DNA of 63,835 nt, counting the filler, from Octopus bimaculoides (Eukaryota), in assembly GCF_001194135.2 (NCBI RefSeq). It is 9 parts of 8 records of this genome, joined end to end, with 100 filler letters (N's around TTAATTAATTAA, not from the genome) between each part and the next. Parts side by side here need not be neighbours in the genome. Positions count along the whole stretch, not along the records: positions 53,555 to 57,445 come from NC_069009.1; positions 57,546 to 61,864 come from NC_068982.1; positions 61,965 to 63,835 come from NC_068982.1; 6 more parts are not named here. One strand, written 5' to 3'. The translations under genes and the position numbers were made by a program. The notes beneath the pieces are model-generated. The model saw only the letters and a program-made list of their open reading frames with translations, had not been told where the DNA came from and ran no database searches. Shown here one piece after another: positions 53,620 to 63,835 of this stretch; the first letter of the stretch is position 1; each line of letters begins with the position of its first letter.

Positions 53620-54398
53620 TTAGTAATGATTATTGAGATGTCGATAATGATGATGACGACGACGAGATCACACAGATGATGATGATGATGATGATGATGA
53701 CAAGGCTGAAGACAATGTCACCATTGCTATTAATTTGTGATAGTGTTGAGAGTGAAAGAAAGTTACAAAAGTTTAATTATTTATTCTGTTATTCATTTTC
53801 TTTTTGTTTTAGTTACTTGACTGCAGCCATGCTGGAGCACCGCCTTAACGATAATATATAGAAAAGCTCGAATAATGGGGAAAAGAAGAAAAAATGGGTG
53901 GAAAATATTCATGTAAAAGATAAAGAGGAAACAAAGAACAACAGAGGAGAAGGAGTAGAAGAGCAAGAAAGAGAAAAAGAAAATGAAAAGGAAGGAGAAC
54001 GATAAAGAGGATAAAAAAACAAAAGATGAGAAGGAGAAAAGCAAGAAGGAGAAGAAAAAGGAAAGGAGAAGATGATAAAGAGGATGAGAGAGAAAAAAGA
54101 ACGAGGAAAACAGAAAACAAGAAAGAAGGTGTAGAAGAAGTAAACAGGAGGTAAAACAAAAATTAATGTAAAGAATGCAGGCTATATATACATTTAGAAA
54201 GAAAAACAATGCTTGACAACCGACGTTGATCTGGAGTCATTGACAGTAACTTATTTTCAAATATAATTGCACTTCTTGATAAACTGTTTTGTTATTAAAT
54301 GGAGAGATACAGAGGAAAAGAGATTAAAAGGAAGAGAATATGGTAAATTTTTTGAAACTTTACGTCAATGAGATTTCAAAGGAAGTGATGCAACTTAC

Positions 54399-54470
54399 AA
54401 TTCCTCTAAATTGGTGAGGTATTTGAATACTCCGGCTTCAATATTCGTGATATTATTGGTGCCCAGATGT
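54399..54470 (-). CDS. Internal leucine-rich-repeat exon (72 bp, phase 2-2) of an unidentified extracellular LRR protein gene
   Basis: ttttatgttacAG|A CAT CTG GGC ACC AAT AAT ATC ... TTA GAG GAA TT|GTaagt = HLGTNNITNIEAGVFKYLTNLEE(L); 24-aa typical-class LRR with exact one-repeat-per-exon size. Confidence 0.8.
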
Positions 54471-54535
54471 CTGTAACATAAAAGTGAGTTGCTGAGAAAA
54501 TATATAGCACTTTTAAAGGAAGTGATGCAACGAAC

Positions 54536-54603
54536 AATTTCTCTAAATTGATGAGTCTTTGAATGCTCCGTCTTCAATATCCGTGATATTGTATTGCAGA
54601 TGT
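54536..54603 (-). pseudogene. Frameshifted duplicate of the LRR exon (68 bp)
   Basis: cattgcAG|ACATCTGCAATACAATATCACGGATATTGAAGACGGAGCATTCAAAGACTCATCAATTTAGAGAAATT|GTtcgt; one codon and one extra base missing relative to the 72-bp exon; flanking intron sequence also duplicated. Confidence 0.75.
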
Positions 54604-54911
54604 CTGCAATGTATAAAAGAGTTATTGAGAAAATATATAGAACGGCTTTGATGAAGAAAATGAAGAGAAAAATGTGAAAGAATAAAGACTACCCCTCCGC
54701 GGTATAGTGATAGAAGCCAGCCATTATAAAGAAACCAATATCCGGTCGACAAATGATGGTCGGAAGGTAGAGAGTACGTGTAGACAGAGTTGAGAGTCGT
54801 GTCTATGCTGACGTAGTAATTATACTGTGATACTGAGTGGACGTCATATATATGCGACCTCTTCAGGACACTGTACGACTGGGGTTCGTACAGTGTAAGA
54901 TAGAACCAGTC

Positions 54912-55200
54912 TCTCAATGACTTCGGACTATAACTCAAACGAGTTCAAAGAATTTTGTAAAATGTTCGTTATTGAACATGTGAACATTCCGCCGTATCAA
55001 CCTAGGTCAAATCGACAAGCGGAGAGTTTTGGTGACACTTTTAATAGGACTTGAAAACTGGTTAACAATGAAGTAATGGAAGACTTTGAACATTTTCTAA
55101 GAGTGAACAAAATAACATCTGATCCAAATTCGTCCTTGAGAATGTCCCTTACAGAATTAAGGTTTGCTAGAAAGATCAGATCCGTTTTTTGATAAGTTGA
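54912..55200 (+). mobile_element. Gypsy LTR-retrotransposon integrase core fragment
   Basis: SNEFKEFCKMFVIEHVNIPPYQPRSNRQAESFGDTFNRT*...MSLTELRFARKIRSVF resembles the rve PPYHPxSNGQAER motif. Confidence 0.8.
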
Positions 55201-55301
55201 NNNNNNNNNNNNNNNNNNNNNNNNNNNNNNNNNNNNNNNNNNNNNNNNNNNNNNNNNNNNNNNNNNNNNNNNNNNNNNNNNNNNNNNNNNNNNNNNNNNN
55301 G

Positions 55302-56632
55302 GGAATTTCTCAAAATGGATTTTAATATTTTTAAATAAACGTCTTTAAATAAATATCTATATGTCAGTTTCTCTATTTTCTTCCATTTCTCATTCATAAA
55401 ATTTTTCAAATAATTTTAGATATCAATGATAAACTAATATACTTAATTTTCACTAAACACTGGCATAAACCGAAGAACTAAGATGCTAGCATCCGTTAAA
55501 GGACTATACTTCCTTGACTGAATAAAACTGAATTTGATAAACTATGAAAATGGTTTTATATAAGTTTCTACCAGTAAAAAGGAGAAAGTTGAAGTGGTTG
55601 CTTCTATGGAAGATATTTCCATTCCACCCAAGAAGGATATATTAAAGAAATAATAAAAAACAAGCAAACAACAGAGTACATCCATAGACTAAGATGGAAG
55701 GCATACCATTTTGACAAGAAGTTTGATACACCTATAAGTAGCATAACTGAAGAAATGGACCGACTACAAAGTAGAATTTTTAGGACCGAAAATTACCCGC
55801 CGCCAAATATTCATTTTGCAGATTTTGAAGATGAATTATGGAAAGTTATTTGAAATGTCAAGTTTAAAAAATATCCCCATATAGGAATTGAATATTTGAT
55901 GAAATTAAAATGTATTGTATGGGAACTTAGAAGTAAAAACGAAATAATTGCTCACTCAAATAAGCCTGGAAACTTGTACAATCTGGATATAAACTGCTAC
56001 CTTGAACTTTTGAAAACAGAAATTACAAAAAGCTACAAAATCTCTAAAAATGTATGTCAAGAACTATTAAGTTAATTTCTAAATGAATTATGCAAAATTA
56101 CAAATTGGACAATAAATCTGAAACTGTTATTCCTAAAATACCGAGCAAAGTAAGATTTATTTGCCGAAGTAAATCCGGCTTGAGTGAACTTGCTAAAGCT
56201 ATTTCGGATAAGTATATACCAGTTCTTAAAGAAAATAGTAGATTACAACTCTGGTCTAATAACATCTGGGTCTATCGCAGGTCAGCGATAGACTCAGATT
56301 GAAATGTAACTCCTTTTGGAAAATTCTCCCCTGACAAAATACCTAATTAACGTGTTTCAATATAAAAATTTGAATAAAATTAATATCATTTCTGCAATTG
56401 AGCAAATTGTATATGGAAACAACTGTAGTAGTGGAATTCGCAATAAAAATTTGAATATCTTTAAATAAATATCTGTATGTCATTTTGTTTATTTTCTTAC
56501 TTTTCTATTCCATAAAGTTTATTAGTTACCAATACATATCAATGATAAACTAATATACTTAATTTTCACAGAACAGTGGTATAAACTGGAGAACTAGGAT
56601 TCTAGCATCCCTTAAAGGACTATAACTCCTTG
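55302..56632 (+). mobile_element. Penelope-like element remnant: N-terminal/RT part (about 55600-56340) between approx. 200-bp direct repeats (55302-55516, 56433-56632)
   Basis: ISIPPKKD, RLRWKAYHF, FADFEDELWKVI*NVKF, NKPGNLY..., EITKSYK, RFICRSKSGLSELAK, LQLWSN resemble the PLE ORF; repeats share tatcaatgataaactaatatacttaattttcac...ctagcatcc.ttaaaggactata. Confidence 0.75.
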
Positions 56633-56643
56633 TGTGATATATA

Positions 56644-56690
<47 letters not shown>

Positions 56691-56707
56691 NNNNNNNNNN
56701 NNNNNNN

Positions 56708-56753
<46 letters not shown>

Positions 56754-57597
56754 GGTGTGTGTGTGTATGTGTGTGTCTGTGTGTGTGTGTATGTATATAC
56801 TCATCCATAAACCATATACACATAATTTCACATACTCATATTCGCCCACTCACACTCATTTTATCACACACTCACATAGAGACACACATTTTCACACGCG
56901 CTAATAATAATTCACACACACTTTTGCACGACTATAGAGAGAGCGTAAGAGATACAAAAGAAAGATATTAAATATTTACAAACATATTCTCAACTTGAGA
57001 TTATCACCAAAACGTATCCAGCTTACAAGTGTTGTAAACTAGGAAGTGCTTGAAAAGTTCCTTTTTCAATTTTCCTGATATTATTTGAAGACAGATTCTG
57101 TAACATAAATGTGAGCTGATAAGAAATTTTATAAAAGAGCTTTGTTATAGAATATTAAACATATTTTCCCAATTAGGTAAGGGAATGGGTGTAGATGTAG
57201 AAAGGATAATGATGGGGATGATGATGATGATGCTGACGGTCGTGGTGGTCGTCGTCGTCATGGTCGTGGTGTTGATGGTGGTGGTGGTGATGGTAGTCGT
57301 TTTTATGTACTTTGATTTGACTTAGTATAAAAGATGGGCTACGGCAAATATAATGCTCAATTGCAGTTGTTTGACCATAACCAGTTGAGCATGTCCGTTA
57401 GTGTCTGATGTAGTTCTCAGGGAGATTCAACGTGACACAGAATTGNNNNNNNNNNNNNNNNNNNNNNNNNNNNNNNNNNNNNNNNNNNNTTAATTAATTA
57501 ANNNNNNNNNNNNNNNNNNNNNNNNNNNNNNNNNNNNNNNNNNNNACATTGTATTTGTCCCATCTTCGTTGAGCCCTGTGTGGCTAATAAAAGAAAT

Positions 57598-58165
<568 letters not shown>

Positions 58166-59682
58166 TCTCTTACTTTCCTTCTCTTTCTCTCTATTATCGT
58201 CGGGGTTTGACCTACTTTGGGACCATATTAAAAGCCTAACGTCTGATCAAAGGTCATTTGCAACAAAGACACCCCTAACCACTACTATCGGGTTACACTG
58301 ACATTTCTTTTATAGGCTTACAAAAGCATAACACTTTACAATAATACATTATATTCTAGAGGGGGAAAAAACTAGTATTTTTAGTTCAGAAAAACAAAGA
58401 TTTTATTTAGATTCTACAAACACCATATATAAGATAGATAATGTGACCCAGCATAAACCAAAGCCTAGCTTAAAGATGATTTTTTTGTCGTTTCCAATAT
58501 CGTGGAAAAAAATAAATTTTACGTTTCAGAGAAATGAATGAAAACTAATTTGTTTTGACTGAACATTCATAGACATTTAGCCTTTTCAGGTTATAATTCA
58601 AATATTTAATTGTTTTGAGATCAAAATGATTTAAGGTCAAATCGGTTCATTTTACGGTTGAACTACATATATTATGAAGTATATTTGCCACTTAAATGCG
58701 GCTAACCCCTAAGGGTGAATGCTACTGAAGCTTGTAGCCCCAGGAAAACATTCGATTTCATTATATCGTTGCCCACCCACTAGGGAGCAGTGCAGAAATA
58801 TGCGGAAACGATTGTTCTGATAAACAAAGTTTCCAATACACTCTGTCTTCCGTATCAAACATTTAGAATATATATATAAATACATCACTAGAAAGTATGT
58901 TTTCTTTCTTTTTATGGACAACAAAATATATTTCGAATCAGCCAATTTCGTTTAACAATACACGTAAGCGTTTCAAGAAATGCACGTGCGCATGCACATA
59001 GACATATATTCATTCACATTTACGTCCACGTATACACACATACACACACTGAAGCATGTACATAATCATTGCTAACACAGGCACAAGGCCATAAATATAG
59101 GGAGAAAGGAGAAGGGTTTTAGCCTACTACATTGACACAGTACTTGACTGCTACTTCAGCTTAATCGACTCTGAAAAGACGAAAAACAAAAGTGAGCTTT
59201 TGGACGCAACAACCCGGAATACCGACAGACATTTTGTCTCATACTCTAACGATTCTGTCGCATTATTGTATACGCATTAATAAATGTAATAATTCTTCGG
59301 TTTAGTCTTATAGAGTAACTCACCCCGGTGCAAGCATTTCAACATCTGAGTTATTCATCACTGAAGGGATCAAATCAGATCGAAACACCGTTTCTGGCGA
59401 TCCACTGACGTTCTGGGCAAAGTATTGTGTTTTTAACACACGAGTCCCTTTGAGAAGCTTCTCTGAGATAATACATTATAGCTAATACCGTTCCACGTTT
59501 GTATATACATTATAAATCTTAAGCTAGCGGTATTTTAATCTAAAGCTGTTTCGAGTGCATATCTTAATTTAATTCTAGCCTGGTAAACTTTCGCACGAAT
59601 CAGAAATGTTTTTCTTAAAGTTTTCTATACCGAGCAACATTGAGTGAATTTGGGAGATAGACACTGAGTGGAAGCTCGTTAA

Positions 59683-59733
<51 letters not shown>

Positions 59734-59739
59734 CGCGTG

Positions 59740-59975
59740 TGTATGTGTGCGTGTATGTGTGTGATTTTTCTGTCAGTGTTTGTCCCCCACCCACCACTAC
59801 TTGATAACCAGCGTTGATTTGTTTACTTCCCCGTAGTGTAGCAGCTCGGCGAATGAAACCGATAAAATAAGTACCAGGCTTAAGCAATAAGAACTGAGAT
59901 TGATTTGTTTATCTAAACACTTCAAGGCAGTACTCCAGCATGGCCGCAGTCCAGTGTCTGAAACAAGTAAAAAAT
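59740..59975 (+). mobile_element. SINE family A, 3' half
   Basis: cttgataaccagcgttgatt...ctccagcatggccgcagtccagtgtctgaaacaagtaaa. Confidence 0.8.
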
Positions 59976-60954
59976 ACAAAATTTGTTCAAAATTAGTAAA
60001 TTTGTCAATAATTTTGGAGCAATGTTTATTCAAAAATATAACTGTAACTTAGTTGCGGTGCAACGAAAAGTTATTTCTTTTAAAGAATTTTTTTCCTCTC
60101 TTCTTTCATTTATGATATAATCACTTTTGTGATGATTTGTTTTTACACTGAAATTTCTAACACATTAAAAGTATTTTAGCTGAATTTCCGAATTTGATAT
60201 TTTGAAAATGATTTTCACAAAAATGAAAAATATTTCAAATATTGAAAAATGAAACAAATACATGTATATATTCGTTTTGTTTTCTAGAAAGAAATGTTAT
60301 TTTGAAATGCCATCTAAGTCTTCAAATGTCAGCTACCATCATTTGTCTCTAACTCTAGCAATCAGTGGTCAGCATTGATATCTTCCAATTTTAAAGACCA
60401 GCGTCTCTAAAAGGTAATATTTAACATTACCAAAGAGGTTCATTTTACTGAAATTAGTAAAGAATACGGCTGCTAAAAAAAGAATGAAGAAATTACTCTA
60501 ATTGAAATAGTATTTTGTGAACATTCGATATTTGAGTCGTTACCTAAATTTATCATTGAAACTTAATCATGTGTCAAAAGGTCAGCAAATGTTTAGAAAA
60601 TAAATGTCGAGTGCAATAAAATAACTTTTTAATTGAACTATTCTTAAATGAACCAAAAATTCATTGTTATTTGCTGTTTGGAAAACTAATCTTTCTGTAA
60701 CGTTAAATATTCTATTAGTCTGTTTTTAATTTTTTTTTTCACTTTTTAAGTTAAAGCAATAATACATTTCAACATTGTAATACATTGAAGCAATAGTTTA
60801 TTTTACAAGGAACAAAGTTCTATGTTTTCGAAACTTGTAAATGGGATGGTGTGAGATAGATGCCCTCCCTATAAACGATATGAACTCAAATGGAAATCGA
60901 AACCAAAGTATAAATAAATGTATGTGTATGTGTATATATATATATATATTACTT

Positions 60955-61798
60955 AATGAATAAATATTCGAAAATATTTATATGGATTTTATTATTAATC
61001 ATTATCATTAGTAAAATGAATAACAACAATAATATAGGTGGCCAACAGGAAAATCCAAAATCTTATAATTAATTCATAATTATAAAAGGGCACGGTACAT
61101 GCGTTGCCAGCATTGTTGTGAAAATGAGAGTTAAAAAATCCTCTACGAAAACCACCAGTCACTGGAAAAATTAACAAACACAACAAGCTACGAGAAAAGA
61201 AATCAACTTACCATCTCGGCAGAGAGCCGTAGAATGAAGAAATAGATATTCCTGGATCAATTGATTTCAAATTTTGAGTTTATCTCCCTTAATTCTCATC
61301 AGCAGTTCTCACTACAAACCTAGGATTAAAAAAATTTTCATCGATTCGTTGTGCTTGGTAACCGTGGAAAAGCTAGCGCCAAATTAAAAGACTGTGTCAG
61401 TTTATAAAATTACTAAATAAATATTCGAAAATATTTACATAGATATTATTATTAATTATTATCATTAGTAAAATTAATAATAACAACAATAATATTGGTG
61501 GGTAACAAGCAAGAGCCGATAAATGGCAAATCCAAAATTCTATAATTAATTTATAATTATGATAGGGCATACGCGTTACCGGCATCGTTGTGAAAATGAG
61601 AGTTGGAAAGTCCTGCACTCTCATTCTACGGCTCTCTACCGAGATGGTACGTTAATTTCTTTCCTCGCAGCCCGATTTCTGTTGTGCTTGTTATTTTTCC
61701 AGAGATTGGTGGTTTTCTTAGAGGATTTTTCAACTCTCATTTTCACAACAATGCAGGCAACGCGGGTGCCCTATTATAATTATTAATTAATTATAAAA
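60955..61798. repeat. Compound direct/inverted repeat element
   Basis: 60958-61131 repeated directly at 61417-61604; 61065-61238 repeated inverted at 61621-61798. Confidence 0.85.
61230..61320 (-). ncRNA. Type I hammerhead ribozyme motif
   Basis: Minus strand: gaactg CTGATGA gaatt-[17 nt]-aattt GAAA tcaattga TC cag; helix I CUG/CAG, helix II GAAUU/AAUUU, palindromic helix III AUCAAUUGAU, AUC cleavage triplet. Confidence 0.65.
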
Positions 61799-61829
<31 letters not shown>

Positions 61830-62519
61830 CATACATACAGATATATATATATATATATATATATNNNNNNNNNNNNNNNNNNNNNNNNNNNNNNNNNNNN
61901 NNNNNNNNTTAATTAATTAANNNNNNNNNNNNNNNNNNNNNNNNNNNNNNNNNNNNNNNNNNNNGTGTGTTTCTTAAATGGCTTATAAACACCTTCCAAG
62001 CTGCAATTGTTAATATTATTATCATTTACAGAATATACATATATATATATATCGGAGCGCGACGAACATCGTTGCAACAGTGATCCACGAGAATCTCAGA
62101 CGCATTTCTTCTTCCTTGTAACTTGTTAATGACGTGTACTGTCGATAGTTACATACCTAGACGGATTCTGTCGTCTCCGATATATAGAAAACAGTGAATA
62201 ATTCATACACTGATAATGTTTAAAGTTACCATGCTTGAATAAAAACTCTATGTATGCAAATGAAAGAAACATACCTAACGTATATTCACCGTTAACTAGC
62301 CAGAAGCAACGATATACATTGTGCGAGATATATGTAAGTAGAGGCATACACGAGTGTGTATGTACATTTAAATATGTGTATATGCAAATATATGTAAATA
62401 AGCATGTACACTCAACGAGAAATTAGAAAAAATGACGTTTGGTGACATAGAATGCACGAAGATAAACGAAATAATAGATGTTGAGAAGCAAAGAAAGTAC
62501 TTCTCAAAACTATAGACCG

Positions 62520-62900
62520 TCATAGCTGTGTGATTAAGAAGCATGGTTTGCAGCTACGTGGTTCAAGATTCAGCATCACGGTGCGGCACCTTGGGCAACT
62601 GTCTTCTACCACAGCTCTCGACTGACTGGTGTATTGTGGGAGAATTTCAAAGACAGAAGCTGTGTGAAAGCTCGTCGTATATATGTATCGGGGAGGGGGG
62701 GGCTTTATAGACGCAGGCACGGCTATGTGGTTAAGGAGCTCGGTTTGCAACTCCGTGGTTCTAGGTTCAGTCTCACTAATTGGCACCTTGGGCAAATGTC
62801 TTCTACTTATAGCTTCGCTCTGTGAGTGAATTTGGAAGGCAAGAACTTTATGGAAGCCCATCGTATGCAGACATGTGTGTGTGTTTGTGTGTGTGCATGT
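62520..62900 (+). mobile_element. Two tandem 5' halves of SINE family A
   Basis: gtgtgattaagaagc...ggcaccttgggcaa and gtggttaaggagc...ggcaccttgggcaaatgtcttctact. Confidence 0.8.
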
Positions 62901-63547
62901 CACTGTGTTTGTGTTTGACAATTCAGGAAGCTAGCGTATTTAGAGTTGTGAGAGGAATAGAGGAATAACAGCAGAGAGTATTTAAAAATAACTAAAATTA
63001 GAAAATTAAAATTGGATAAAGAAATTTCATATCATCACCGCCATCATCGTCATTGTCATCGTCATCGCCCTCGTCTTCGTCGTCGCCGTTGTCCTCATCA
63101 TCATTCCCGTCGTTGTCATCATTAGCATCATAAAATCTCTATCAACGTCGTCGTCGTCACGACACCCACCACCACCACCGCCTTCATCATCATCATCATC
63201 ATCGGGATACACTATATCTGGAAAGATAATCAAGATTGTCGTGTCTAGAACATTTTTGAGCTAAGCTATACTAGATAGGAGCTGAAGCTGGACTAAATAA
63301 ACAACACCACCACCAGCAGCAGCAATAACATCATCATCATTGATAACGCCTTCCTTAATACTGCTCCATCAAAATTACTACAATCACAGAAGCAACAATA
63401 TATTAATTATATTTATTCCCCTTTTCACAGCTTCTACTGCCAGAAGCGTCTTCAAAACACATCAGTTTCACATTCTGTATAACCTATTCTATTTGTCTAC
63501 AGGGAAAGGAATTGTCTAGCTATCTACCTATATATCTATTTATCCGC

Positions 63548-63623
<76 letters not shown>

Positions 63624-63775
63624 TTAACAGTCTACCTTTCTATTTAACTTTATATCTATTAAGTCAATCTATATATATTTTATCCGTATAATATATATAT
63701 TTTTGTGTATCTATCTAAATGTATACATTTCTTTCTGCCTGTCCACTTACCTAATCTGTCTCATTACCTACCTCA

Positions 63776-63835
<60 letters not shown>

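Overview
Eukaryotic, AT-rich, gapped draft-assembly window dominated by microsatellites, SINEs and decayed transposons. The repeat families look like those of Octopus (coleoid cephalopod); this is an inference from remembered repeat sequences, not a search. No complete protein-coding gene, rRNA, true tRNA or CRISPR array is supportable, and most ORFs in the supplied track are microsatellite or N-gap artefacts. Recognisable coding remnants: RTE LINE pieces (three young gap-abutting fragments, two old ones), an internally deleted CR1-group LINE, the 3' end of an R4/Dong-type RLE LINE, a Penelope-like RT remnant between direct repeats, a piggyBac transposase remnant and a Gypsy integrase fragment. 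One clear host-gene trace is a canonical 72-bp phase-2 LRR exon on the minus strand with an adjacent frameshifted duplicate. The most interesting signal is non-coding: four hammerhead-ribozyme-like motifs (1357-1392 +, 3980-4064 -, 6961-7003 +, about 61230-61320 -). One has an intact catalytic core in a 25-bp perfect stem, one is fused behind a tRNA-type Pol III head, and one lies inside a direct/inverted-repeat element. Repeat boundaries are approximate (about +/-10-20 bp) unless stated as exact.
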